From: Dehalococcoidia bacterium
GTDB taxonomy: Bacteria; Chloroflexota; Dehalococcoidia; UBA2979
DNA: 64,000 nt
Assembly: GCA_045562675.1 (NCBI GenBank)
Contig: JBJKVL010000008.1
Span: 131,775-195,774 of the forward strand
Reading direction: 5' to 3'
Shown here: piece by piece, positions 40,744 to 50,346 of the stretch
Layout of the letters: every line of letters starts with the position of its first letter
How positions within the stretch are numbered: the first letter of the stretch is position 1
The notes under the pieces: generated by a model
Database searches by the model: none
Seen by the model: the letters and a program-made list of their open reading frames with translations, nothing else
What the model was told of the DNA's origin: nothing
Made by a program: the position numbers and the translations under genes

Positions 40744-41385
40744 ATGATTTATCTAGATTTACATGCACATTCTACAGATGCTTCGGATGATGCTGGTGCT
40801 ACTGTTGAAGGGTATTTGAAATGGTGTATGGTTCGTAAAAAACAAGGACATAAAATTGATGGCTTTGTTCTAACTGAGCATAGAACCTTTGATCATGATT
40901 TATCTTATGCATCTATTGCAGATAAGTATGGTTTACTCGTTTTGAAAGGTGCAGAAATTGAAACAGATATTGGCCATATGTTAGCGTTTGGTTTAAATAA
41001 AGAGTTTACAAACCATTTTGATTTAAGTGATGTACATTTATCCCATTCGAAAATTCTTGACTCCTTAGAAACTCTTGGTGGGATTGCTATTCCAGCACAC
41101 GCGGGAAGACCGTCCATAGGCATGGCTGAATATATTGAAAAAGGCATAGTAGCTTTAGATAAAATTATTGCTATAGAATCATCTAATGGTGGTTCTAATA
41201 ATGAAGAGAATACAAAAGCAGCATCAATCGCAAATGAGTATAACTTTAAGACCGTTGGGGGAAGTGACTCTCATTTTGTATCAAGTATTGGTAAGTGTGT
41301 AACTGCATTTGAAGATCAAATCACTAATGAAGTCGACTTAGTAAATGCATTAAGAAATGGTGCTTATTCAGCCTATTCTGAATAA
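40744..41385 (+). CDS. PHP-domain metal-dependent phosphoesterase
   Basis: LDLHAHSTDASDD (HxH), TEHR, PAHAGRP and GGSDSH motifs. Start taken at ATG 40744. Confidence 0.7.
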   Translation: MIYLDLHAHSTDASDDAGATVEGYLKWCMVRKKQGHKIDGFVLTEHRTFDHDLSYASIADKYGLLVLKGAEIETDIGHMLAFGLNKEFTNHFDLSDVHLSHSKILDSLETLGGIAIPAHAGRPSIGMAEYIEKGIVALDKIIAIESSNGGSNNEENTKAASIANEYNFKTVGGSDSHFVSSIGKCVTAFEDQITNEVDLVNALRNGAYSAYSE

Positions 41386-41424
41386 AATCAGTTACTATAT
41401 ATATTAATTAAATTGGATTTATTA

Positions 41425-41877
41425 ATGATTAATTATAATAATAAAGTGGTTGGACAAAAAATTGATTTTGGTTCATTTGATGTCACAAAAGATTTAGTTG
41501 AATCTTATTGTTCATCAGTTAATGAAAACAACCCTTTGTATTTAGATGAATCAGTTGCAAAGCAATCTGTTTATGGCAAATTAATTGCTCCCCCTTTAAT
41601 TTTTGTTTCAGTGCAATTTGATGTCGAATTACCTGATCCAGAAGTAAATTTTGGTAATGCCCGTTTTTTAGCTGGTCAAAAAGTCGAGTCATTCCATCCA
41701 ATTTATATTGGAGATACTATTCAGGCAGTTGGTAGTATTACTGATGTCTATGAAAAGACAGGCAGGACAGGCACGATGGTCTTTGTAGTTAATCAAACAG
41801 AATATTTTAATCAAGACAATATACTCGTTGCAACTAGACAAGCATCTATGGTTCATAGGGAGGTTGAAAGTGAGTAA
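41425..41877 (+). CDS. MaoC-N/FAS1-like dehydratase hotdog subunit (partner of the next gene)
   Basis: About 150 aa. NPLYLDESVAKQSVYGKLIAPP pattern. Its stop overlaps the GTG start of the downstream gene. Confidence 0.65.
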   Translation: MINYNNKVVGQKIDFGSFDVTKDLVESYCSSVNENNPLYLDESVAKQSVYGKLIAPPLIFVSVQFDVELPDPEVNFGNARFLAGQKVESFHPIYIGDTIQAVGSITDVYEKTGRTGTMVFVVNQTEYFNQDNILVATRQASMVHREVESE

Positions 41878-42313
41878 TCAATTACTTTTTGCTGATGTTG
41901 AATTGGGTCAGGAATTTTCTGATAGTTATATCGCTAGTTCAGAAAAAGTACAGCAATTTCTTGATGCAAATAGGACCTTGGAAAGAACTGAAATCGAAGA
42001 TGGCAGATTCACAAGCAAGGAAGGTGCATCAACTTTAGGATTAGAAAAACCGATTTTGCCTGGAGTGATGAGTATGTCCATAATAACAAAACTAGTTACT
42101 GATATTATTGCCCCCAATGGCAAACTGCATAAATTTGATGCAAGCTTTAGAAGGCCAGTTTTTCATAATGATGCTTTGAAATTGTCTGCTTTAGTTGTTG
42201 ATACAATTATTGAAGAGGGAAAAGGCATTATTAAACTAGATGTTGCCCTTGAGAATGATAGAGGAGAAAAACCCTTACAAGGTACTGCGGTAGTTGAATT
42301 ACCAGTTAAATAA
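41870..42313 (+). CDS. MaoC-like hotdog dehydratase subunit
   Basis: GTG start at 41870 with GGAGG 8 nt upstream (VSNQLLFADVELGQEF...). The ORF-track start at 41828 overlaps the previous gene. Confidence 0.6.
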   Translation: MSNQLLFADVELGQEFSDSYIASSEKVQQFLDANRTLERTEIEDGRFTSKEGASTLGLEKPILPGVMSMSIITKLVTDIIAPNGKLHKFDASFRRPVFHNDALKLSALVVDTIIEEGKGIIKLDVALENDRGEKPLQGTAVVELPVK

Positions 42314-42315
42314 AG

Positions 42316-43104
42316 TTATTTTGATTTTTTCTTGCTAAATTCTTTTGGACCGGCCTTTGCTTCATCTGTTTGTCCAATAATCCATCTAATTGCATGCCCC
42401 ATCCTTAATGCTTCACTTAAAGACAGATCACGTGAATGATTTGCGATTTCTTTAGCACCAATTATTGCCATTGGTGCATTCGCAGCAATATCGCTAGCAA
42501 TTTCTTTTGCAACGTTTAATAAATTTTCAGGAGTGACAATTCTTGAAATAACTCCCCAATTCAATGCATCTTGTGCAGAGTAACTATTACCAGTTAGTAC
42601 CATTTCCATTGCAGGGGCTTGCGGAATAGCTTTTAAAATTCTTTGAATACCTCCACCACCAGGTACAAAACCTCGTTTTACTTCTGGTAATCCAAAAGAT
42701 GAACGTTCAGTTGCTATGCGGATATCACAAGTTAGTGCAAGTTCTAGGCCTCCTCCAAGGCAATATCCATCAATAGCAGCAATCATGGGTTTTCTTACGG
42801 GTATTGTAAAAAAATTATCAACAGGGTTATGATTAATGAATTCCTCAACAAGACCACCAGATGCTCCAGTTGAACCAGGTTGTGACCATTCTTTCAAATC
42901 AGCACCAGCGCTAAACGCTTTTCCTCCAGCTCCCGTAATTATTCCAACTTGAATGTCCGTATCATTATGAATTCTACTCAATGCATCCATTAGAATATCA
43001 CGAGCTGCGCTATTGAGTGCATTCATTGCTTGCGGCCTATTTAATGTAATAAGCCCAACTTTATCTTCAATTTCAAAAATCACTGGTGAATCATTATTCA
43101 TCAA
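42316..43104 (-). CDS. enoyl-CoA hydratase/isomerase (crotonase) family protein
   Basis: 262 aa. ITGAGGKAFSAGADL and AAIDGYCLGGGLELAL oxyanion-hole motifs. Confidence 0.88.
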   Translation of the reverse strand: MMNNDSPVIFEIEDKVGLITLNRPQAMNALNSAARDILMDALSRIHNDTDIQVGIITGAGGKAFSAGADLKEWSQPGSTGASGGLVEEFINHNPVDNFFTIPVRKPMIAAIDGYCLGGGLELALTCDIRIATERSSFGLPEVKRGFVPGGGGIQRILKAIPQAPAMEMVLTGNSYSAQDALNWGVISRIVTPENLLNVAKEIASDIAANAPMAIIGAKEIANHSRDLSLSEALRMGHAIRWIIGQTDEAKAGPKEFSKKKSK

Positions 43105-43121
43105 AAAACTCTCATAATTTT

Positions 43122-43535
43122 TTATAGCTTAATTTCTACTTCTACAGGTTTAAGCACGTCCCTATTGTCTTTTTCAACTTTAACATTAATTAAGACATTT
43201 AGCACAGTCATATTGTTCACTAATCTAGAATCCGCAACATCAAAATCAAATTTGACTGTTTCACCTATCATTACCATGGATAGATATCTTAGTTTCATTT
43301 TTACTATAGATGCATTTTGACCTAATTCTGATATCAAGTGTTTTGCAATTATTGCTCCAAACATTTGGCCATCAACAATTGGTTTATTAACGTTTAATTT
43401 TTCTTTTACAAATTGAGAATCATAATGAAATCTATGAAAATCCCAAGTTGCACCAGCATAAGACACTAATAACTGAGGTGTTATATGTATTGATAAACTT
43501 TGAATTGTCAATTTTTCTTTCATTATTATTCTCAA
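43122..43535 (-). CDS. MaoC-like hotdog dehydratase subunit
   Basis: 137 aa. WDFHRFHYDSQFVKE...IVDGQMF hydratase-2-like motif. The true start may be the internal ATG (MKEKL). Confidence 0.65.
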   Translation of the reverse strand: MRIIMKEKLTIQSLSIHITPQLLVSYAGATWDFHRFHYDSQFVKEKLNVNKPIVDGQMFGAIIAKHLISELGQNASIVKMKLRYLSMVMIGETVKFDFDVADSRLVNNMTVLNVLINVKVEKDNRDVLKPVEVEIKL

Positions 43536-44029
43536 TTAGTAGGCATGTATATCATGTCTTCAATATTTTCAGCTAATAAAACTTTGTCTTGATTAAAGTA
43601 TTGTATATTTGAAGAAATTATTAAAAATGCAGAATCTTTTCCTTGCTTCTCAATAATGTTTACAATTTTCCATTTAACCTCAAGCTTTGTTGTAGGAAGT
43701 AGTGGATGATAAATTTTATATTCATTGCCACCCCTCACAATGGAATATTCAACATCTAAGGGAATATCCCATGAATGACCAATATATCCTTGTTCATCCA
43801 TTGTTTTATTCATATATTGATTTGTTTCAAAAATAAATGTTGGCGGAGCCATTACGTTTGCCATTTTAGGCTGATCAAGTGACGATTGATTATCATCGAT
43901 TTGCTTTTTGTTATTAAGTGCTAATTCAAAATATCTGATAGAAGCAAAGCCAATTTCTTCATTAGCAAGATACGTTACCTCTTTTCCGATCATTTTCTTT
44001 ACCGCTTCAGATATTAAACTCATGCTCAT
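43532..44029 (-). CDS. MaoC-N/FAS1-like dehydratase hotdog subunit
   Basis: 165 aa. Overlaps the downstream MaoC gene by 4 nt. Same two-gene architecture as 41425-42313. Confidence 0.6.
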   Translation of the reverse strand: MSMSLISEAVKKMIGKEVTYLANEEIGFASIRYFELALNNKKQIDDNQSSLDQPKMANVMAPPTFIFETNQYMNKTMDEQGYIGHSWDIPLDVEYSIVRGGNEYKIYHPLLPTTKLEVKWKIVNIIEKQGKDSAFLIISSNIQYFNQDKVLLAENIEDMIYMPTN

Positions 44030-45144
44030 TCTTCCAATAGTGCTATTGTTTCAATTTCAATCATGAGGCCTTTTCTTATTAATCTTTCGCAGACAATTCC
44101 AGTAGAAGTTGGGAAAGGGGAGCTCAATAATTTTTTTCTAATTTTATCAGTTTTGGCGTAGCTAGGTAATCCGTCACTTGCAACATAATCTACTGTCCGA
44201 ACAATATTCTTTAAACTTCCACCACATGCCTTTAATATTTTATTGGTTTCTTTGAATATATATTCTGTTTGCTTTTCTATATCGCCTGGAAACAAAACAT
44301 CCCCAGTCGCATAATCAAAAGCAGCAAGCCCAGAAATAAAAATTAAATTGTTAGCTTTTATTGCTGGCGAAAAAGTAAGGGAGGGATGCCATTTTTTATA
44401 AGGGTTTACTATTTGCTTACTTGTTTTGGAGAGCGTAAAGTGTATTTGTATTAATTGATTATCTTCCATAAGCTTCTTCATAATGATTCCTGTAGATGCT
44501 GGATATGGTGCTGAAAAATACTTCTTTCTGATGGAATTAGTTTCTTTATATTCATGCAAAATATCTTTTCGAATAAATTCTGTTGTATTGACTACATTGT
44601 CCCAATTCATTCCTAATTGTTTAATTTCGTCATCAACCTCTTTATAAATATTTTCTGCTTGTTCTTCTAATGTTGCAAAAGTTTTACCAGTTTTAGAAAT
44701 ATACAAGAGGTCTCCTGAATTTGATAAATTGTTATAAATAATTTCAATTTCTATATGTGCTTCTTTTCTTAATAGTCGATTAGACATGATTTGAGTATGT
44801 GCAACTTGCTCATTTTGCAAAAATTTCTCTCTCGTCTGATTTATAAGTTCTATCTCTTCTGCAGCTTCTGGGGTGATGTATTCAATAAAATGCAAGATAC
44901 TTTGAGATTCAGATATTGCTATTATTGACTTAATTTTTTTGTATACAATATCTAGCTGCTCTTCTAATGTGCCTGCAGCTGAGACTATGTCCTTTTCTTT
45001 AATATATCTTGATGCAGTATGCCCAGATAAGAAAGTAAATTCTGGAGTATGCATTCCTAAGCTAAAACTATATCTTGAAGCGTCAAGCCAAGGAAATTTA
45101 TTTGGTTCCAATGCATATTGATGCTTGTTCATTGATTTATCCAC
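44026..45144 (-). CDS. triple-domain RidA/YjgF/RutC-family protein (three tandem Rid domains in one chain)
   Basis: 372 aa. Three successive Rid-like modules each end in an x-IEIE/IQIH-x strand: ...FLSGHTAS...LEEQLDIVYKKIKSI...AHIEIEIIY; ...LYISKTGKTFATLEEQAENIYKEV...PASTGIIMKKL...IQIHFTL; ...IFISGLAAFD...IEKQTEYIFKETNKILKACGGSL...PTSTGIVCERL...IEIETIAL. Confidence 0.7.
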   Translation of the reverse strand: MDKSMNKHQYALEPNKFPWLDASRYSFSLGMHTPEFTFLSGHTASRYIKEKDIVSAAGTLEEQLDIVYKKIKSIIAISESQSILHFIEYITPEAAEEIELINQTREKFLQNEQVAHTQIMSNRLLRKEAHIEIEIIYNNLSNSGDLLYISKTGKTFATLEEQAENIYKEVDDEIKQLGMNWDNVVNTTEFIRKDILHEYKETNSIRKKYFSAPYPASTGIIMKKLMEDNQLIQIHFTLSKTSKQIVNPYKKWHPSLTFSPAIKANNLIFISGLAAFDYATGDVLFPGDIEKQTEYIFKETNKILKACGGSLKNIVRTVDYVASDGLPSYAKTDKIRKKLLSSPFPTSTGIVCERLIRKGLMIEIETIALLEE

Positions 45145-45947
45145 TTTGGTTTTCGTTTTTCTTTATATGCATCCAAAGCTTCTGTTGCATCAAGAGTCTC
45201 TCGATTAATTTTTTGTAGTTCATAGATTTTTTTCATTGATGAAGATAAATCATTTTCCAAGGCATGTGTTATTGATTTCTTAAGTTCTTTTGCTGTAAGT
45301 GGCGGCACATAAGTTGCTATTTCTTCAGCAATTTCATAACATCGCTTCATTAAATTTTTTTCAGAGGTTATTTCATTTATAAAACCAAGCTTCAGAGCTT
45401 CTTCTGCTGATATGGTTGATGCTGTCATTGCCCATTGGAATGTTTTAGGATAACCAAGAATATCCAATATTAATTTCAAGCTTCCGTCATCAGGCAAAAT
45501 GCCTCTTCTGGCAAAAACCCATGCAAATTTTGATTGTTCATTTGCAATTCTAATATCACATGCAGCTGCAAGGCCTATGCCTGAACCAACTGCTGCACCA
45601 TTTATACCACCAATAATCGGTTTTTGTATATTTCTCATGAGATAGGTAACTGCTCGAATATCGGAGATGTGTTCAGGTAAATCATTAGTAGTAATTGGCT
45701 CTTCTGGTTCTAGTGCTTTGCCCTCTTGAACCATTTTTTTTATGTTGCCACCACCACAAAATACATCACCAACAGCAGAAAAAATGATCACTCGAACGCT
45801 ATCATTTGTATCATATTCTGTAAGTACATTGATAATTTCTTGATTCATATCAAAATTGACAGCATTTTTATTTACTGGATCATTAATCAGTATTTCTGCT
45901 ATGCCAATATCGCTAATGTGGGTCGTAATATATTTATTTTCTTTCAT
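45129..45947 (-). CDS. enoyl-CoA hydratase/isomerase (crotonase) family protein
   Basis: 272 aa. FSAVGDVFCGGGNI and GGINGAAVGSGIGLAAACD motifs. Confidence 0.85.
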   Translation of the reverse strand: MKENKYITTHISDIGIAEILINDPVNKNAVNFDMNQEIINVLTEYDTNDSVRVIIFSAVGDVFCGGGNIKKMVQEGKALEPEEPITTNDLPEHISDIRAVTYLMRNIQKPIIGGINGAAVGSGIGLAAACDIRIANEQSKFAWVFARRGILPDDGSLKLILDILGYPKTFQWAMTASTISAEEALKLGFINEITSEKNLMKRCYEIAEEIATYVPPLTAKELKKSITHALENDLSSSMKKIYELQKINRETLDATEALDAYKEKRKPKWINQ

Positions 45948-45970
45948 GAGTTCATTTTATCGAAAAATGA

Positions 45971-48379
45971 TTAATTAAATATGTTTTTTTCTTCTAATTC
46001 TTCTATTTCTTTGCTGGATAGATGCAGGACATTTGCAAGAATTTCTTGAGTATGCTCACCTAATAATGGTGCTGGATTTAATAATGATTTTAAATTGTCG
46101 ATGTGCCAAGGTACGCCAGGATGCTTAACTTTTCCTCCAGTTGGATGTTCGGTTTCAATAATAAATTCTCTATGTAAGAGTTGAGGATCAGATAATAAGT
46201 CATCTGGCTGTAAAATTGGACCTGATTTAATTCCTTTTTTTTGTAACTTTGTTGTTAATTCAAGGTTAGTAAATGATTGCGTCCAAGATGCAATTATATT
46301 TTCTAATTCATCTTCATGTTTTTTTCTATTCTCATTTTTATTGAATTTATTTGAGTTAAGGATTTCACTAGCTATACAATCTTTTAATTGCTCCCATTCT
46401 TCTTCAGAAGTTATTGAAATTGCAATCCATCGATCATAACCTTTAGTCGGAAAAAAACCATGCGGTGCATACTGATCACTTCTATTACCAATTCTGCTAT
46501 GCTGGACATTGTTTAATGTCGTATCGATAATAGCATTTGGAATTAAAGTGAGCATTGGTTCAAACATTGAACCATCTATGTATTGCCCTGTGTTTGTTAA
46601 TTGAGCATCGATTAGTGATGCTATAATTGCGAAAACACCATAAGACCCTGCCAATGGATCTGGCATCACCGCTCCTAAAATTCTAGGCATGCCATCTTGA
46701 TAGCCAGTTAGCTCAGCTACTCCACTAAATAAATTAATTGCACTATGTAATCCGCCATGACTTGCCATTGGCCCACTTCTACCAAAGGCTCCAAGTGATA
46801 ATTGTACAATTTTAGGGTTTAATTCTCTAATGGTTTCTTTAGAAAGACCTAGCTTACTCATTACGCCTGTTTTGAAGTTATCTACCACTACATCAGCAGT
46901 TTTAATAATTTCTTTTGCAAGCTTTCGAGCTTCTTCGTTTTCTAGATCTAGCTGGATACTTTTTTTACCTTCGTTTAATAAATTGAAGTGGCCACTGTTA
47001 TTATAGTGGTCCTCATTATTAGCAAACGGAGCTGTCACGCGAGTAGTCATATGTTTGCTAGTTTCAAATAGAATAACTTCTGCACCCATGCGTGACAGCC
47101 ATTGCGTTGCAAATGGAAGAGCAACCACTTGTCCGAAGTCAGCTATTCTTATTCCTTGCAAAGGCAGCGTTGATTCTTTATTTTCTATTTCATGCAAAAT
47201 AAGAGGATGCCTCTCGGATGACCATTGTAGATCATTATTAGATTGGTCTGGGTTTATTGAATGAATTTGAATTGGTGTTTTTTCTAATTTCATTTGTGGA
47301 CCAGGCATACTAAATTTCTTTTTGTTGATATTTAGATTTAAAATACTTTCACGTTGTTTAACATGCTCAGAATTAAGCATGTCGCGAATACTGTAATATG
47401 CAAAAAATGGCAAACCATTTTTATCAGCTAATTGAATAATCTCTTTTCCAGATAACTCCATAGTCCAATTGATAATTAATTGCCTCAAGGCATCCCAATT
47501 GGCTGTTCGATCGTACACATTAGCAAAAACTTCAGAATCTGCCCAATCTGGATTATCCATCATAATTTTCAATTTCTCCCATTGATGATCCCAAGGTGCA
47601 GCAATTGCAACATACCCATCTTTACAAGGAACATAATAATTTGGCATTCTTGATAATGACGTTGGCAATCGTCCAATAAGTAATTCCCCATAGGCCCAGG
47701 CAGTTAAATCCCTTTGTTCATAAGAAGCGACTGCTTCTTGTATGCTGACATCTACATGATGCCCATTCCCACTGTTGATTCTCTCAAATAATGCTAGGAT
47801 CGTTGCATCAGCACCTACAATTCCAGCAATGGATTCAGCAATATTTGTATTTGGATGTAATGGTGGCTCATTTTCTTGGTCAGTAACTACATCTGGTACT
47901 CCAGGAGAAGCATATGCCATGCCACTCATAGCATATACAATTAATTCATCAGCAAAAAAATCTGAATAAGGACCATCTAAGCCAAATGGGGTAATTGTAG
48001 TAAAAACTAATTTTTTAAATTGTGTAGTAATTGTTGCTGGGGTTAGCCCGATTGCATCTAAATCAGCAAATGAAAAATCTGTAATCAAAATATCAACAGT
48101 ATCTAAAATATCCAATAATTTTTCAAAGTCAGGTTTGTCATAAACATCAAGAGTAACTGATCGTTTATTTGTACTCGTATAGATAAACGATCCACTAAAT
48201 TTTAGGTCCTCTTGATTATCGGGGAATGGTCCCATTTTTCTTAGTGGATGGCCATCGTGATTCTCGATAATGACAACCTCTGCGCCATAATCGGCAAATT
48301 GCTTTGCTGCAATTGCACCGCTGAATCCTTTTGTTAATTCAAGGACACGTAATCCTTTTAGTGCAGAAGAGTCACTCAT
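45971..48379 (-). CDS. tandem-domain family III (CaiB/BaiF) CoA-transferase (two complete domains fused)
   Basis: About 802 aa. Domain 1 begins LKGLRVLELTKGFSGAIAAKQFADYGAEVVIIE. Domain 2 begins LQGIRIADFGQVVALPFATQWLSRMGAEVILFE. Start taken at ATG 48379 (MSDSSALKG). The ORF-track start at 48454 overlaps the upstream gene. Confidence 0.8.
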   Translation of the reverse strand: MSDSSALKGLRVLELTKGFSGAIAAKQFADYGAEVVIIENHDGHPLRKMGPFPDNQEDLKFSGSFIYTSTNKRSVTLDVYDKPDFEKLLDILDTVDILITDFSFADLDAIGLTPATITTQFKKLVFTTITPFGLDGPYSDFFADELIVYAMSGMAYASPGVPDVVTDQENEPPLHPNTNIAESIAGIVGADATILALFERINSGNGHHVDVSIQEAVASYEQRDLTAWAYGELLIGRLPTSLSRMPNYYVPCKDGYVAIAAPWDHQWEKLKIMMDNPDWADSEVFANVYDRTANWDALRQLIINWTMELSGKEIIQLADKNGLPFFAYYSIRDMLNSEHVKQRESILNLNINKKKFSMPGPQMKLEKTPIQIHSINPDQSNNDLQWSSERHPLILHEIENKESTLPLQGIRIADFGQVVALPFATQWLSRMGAEVILFETSKHMTTRVTAPFANNEDHYNNSGHFNLLNEGKKSIQLDLENEEARKLAKEIIKTADVVVDNFKTGVMSKLGLSKETIRELNPKIVQLSLGAFGRSGPMASHGGLHSAINLFSGVAELTGYQDGMPRILGAVMPDPLAGSYGVFAIIASLIDAQLTNTGQYIDGSMFEPMLTLIPNAIIDTTLNNVQHSRIGNRSDQYAPHGFFPTKGYDRWIAISITSEEEWEQLKDCIASEILNSNKFNKNENRKKHEDELENIIASWTQSFTNLELTTKLQKKGIKSGPILQPDDLLSDPQLLHREFIIETEHPTGGKVKHPGVPWHIDNLKSLLNPAPLLGEHTQEILANVLHLSSKEIEELEEKNIFN

Positions 48380-49259
48380 TTTCTTCCTCGTCAGGCAACA
48401 AGGCAGATTTTGACCAACTTCTTGGATCTCTTGATGGCCATGAATCATCTTCAACTTGATTTAAAAATTTTTCAATCATTTGATTAAATAGATCAGGCTC
48501 TTCAAGATTTACGGTATGTCCAGTATTTGGAACAATAAATAATCCAGATGTAGGAATACATCTTTTCATAAAAATCGATGGTTCAAGACAGGGCTCATCT
48601 TCATCACCAGTAATTATTAATGCAGGTATATTAATTGCTTTCATTTCTTTTTCTAAAGAAAGAATTGAAGGTCGATTTCTTTGAACTCCTAACATTGTAT
48701 TAGCATGTCCTAAAGATGAAGAATTTTGAAAAAGTCTCTTAAATTCTTCCCAAGCTTTTCGGTCTTTGTTTTGAAGTTGAACTCTCGTAGCACTGATAGT
48801 ATAAACATCTCCAAATTTTTCGATACCTTCTTGAAGTATTCGATTTGCAACATGCTCTGCATCTTTTTCAAAATTACTACGGTCTTTTGTGCTGCCATAT
48901 CCAACGCCCGCAATTGTTATAGATAAACATCTTTCAGGGAACTGAATCCCAAACAAAAGAGTAGCATAACCGCCCATCGACAATCCTATAATGTGTGCTT
49001 TTTCAATATTTAATTCATCTAATATAGATAGAATATCCTGTACAGCAATGTCTTGCGAATAACTTTTCTCTGATTCTGGTACATCAGATGGAGGATAGCC
49101 ACGAGCATTATAGGTAATTGCTTGATATTTTTCAGAAAAATATTCAACTTGCTTTGCCCAACTAGCGTGCTCTCCAGCAAATTCATGTACAAATACTACT
49201 GGAATTCCTGAACCAGTAACTTCGTAATATAATTGCACGTCATTATTTGTTAGCGACAT
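48372..49259 (-). CDS. alpha/beta-fold hydrolase (enol-lactonase/esterase-like)
   Basis: 295 aa. HEFAGE oxyanion region, nucleophile elbow GLSMGG, and C-terminal NTGHTVNLEEP. Confidence 0.82.
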   Translation of the reverse strand: MSLTNNDVQLYYEVTGSGIPVVFVHEFAGEHASWAKQVEYFSEKYQAITYNARGYPPSDVPESEKSYSQDIAVQDILSILDELNIEKAHIIGLSMGGYATLLFGIQFPERCLSITIAGVGYGSTKDRSNFEKDAEHVANRILQEGIEKFGDVYTISATRVQLQNKDRKAWEEFKRLFQNSSSLGHANTMLGVQRNRPSILSLEKEMKAINIPALIITGDEDEPCLEPSIFMKRCIPTSGLFIVPNTGHTVNLEEPDLFNQMIEKFLNQVEDDSWPSRDPRSWSKSALLPDEEENE

Positions 49260-49287
49260 TGACTATTTTTCTCTTTTTAATTATGAA

Positions 49288-50289
49288 TTATTTATTTCCG
49301 AATGTTTCAAAAATCCCGTCATAATATTGGAGATTCACCTCATGCTCAACGCCATGCCTTGGAGAAAAGAAAATAACTCTATCTAAAACCCCGTCATATC
49401 TGCCTACTTGGTCTCGAACATCTTGTGGAGTTCCATATAAACAACATGAATTTAACATATCATCACTAATTGCATCAGCAACATTTTCCATATCACCTGT
49501 ACGAAATGCTTCTCTTACTTCAACTTTTTCTTTTTCCCATCCTCCAGCATCAAAAATATTATCAAAGGCTTTTGGAGAAAGATAAAAGCCAAGATTCTTT
49601 GCCGCATCACGTCTTGCAATAGATCTGTCTTTATGAATTGCTGTAATCACATCACTGGAAAAATTAAATTCATTTCTTTCTCTCGATCGCTCTTGTAAAC
49701 CTTCACCAATAATTGGAAGCACTGAATTTTTAAGATGTTGCATGCTATTAATTGGATGACCAATTAAACCATCAGCGACACGCCCTGCTACTTTTAATGA
49801 AAACTTATTAACCGCAGCTAAATATATTGGTAGTGGATGCTTGCAAACGATACCTCTCGATCCTCTAAGTTGAAAGAATTTTTTTTCCCAAACCACAGGT
49901 TCTCCATTTAATGACATTACATGTTTAATCAATTCAATAAATTCTTGTACTCTTGGTGCGGGATGCTCAGCTTGATCACCAAAAATTCCGAAAAAACGAT
50001 TTAACTGTGGTTTTACTCCTGATCCAATGCCAAACATGCATCTGCCATCAGATAATTCTTGGAGATCGATCATGCTGACGATGTGAGCTATTGGATTCAT
50101 TAAAGGTTGCACAACTACAGCAGTGCCAAGTTTGATTTTTTTTGTTGCTTGAGCAAAAGCTGCTAGTCTTACGTATCCTTGCGGACCACTGACCCATGCA
50201 CTTTCAAATCCTGCTGCTTCAGCTTTTTGAACTATTTTTAGCCCTTCATTAATAGGAATTTCTATTGGGGCGATTCCATATTCTGGCAT
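49288..50289 (-). CDS. luciferase-like monooxygenase (LLM) family oxidoreductase (flavin or F420 dependent)
   Basis: 333 aa. LLM TIM-barrel pattern AEAAGFESAWVS...IKLGTAVV...FGIGSG. Confidence 0.78.
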   Translation of the reverse strand: MPEYGIAPIEIPINEGLKIVQKAEAAGFESAWVSGPQGYVRLAAFAQATKKIKLGTAVVVQPLMNPIAHIVSMIDLQELSDGRCMFGIGSGVKPQLNRFFGIFGDQAEHPAPRVQEFIELIKHVMSLNGEPVVWEKKFFQLRGSRGIVCKHPLPIYLAAVNKFSLKVAGRVADGLIGHPINSMQHLKNSVLPIIGEGLQERSRERNEFNFSSDVITAIHKDRSIARRDAAKNLGFYLSPKAFDNIFDAGGWEKEKVEVREAFRTGDMENVADAISDDMLNSCCLYGTPQDVRDQVGRYDGVLDRVIFFSPRHGVEHEVNLQYYDGIFETFGNK

Positions 50290-50346
50290 AAATTTCTCCT
50301 TAATTGTTATTGAATAAAGATAGCTTGATTATCTACACATTGTACA

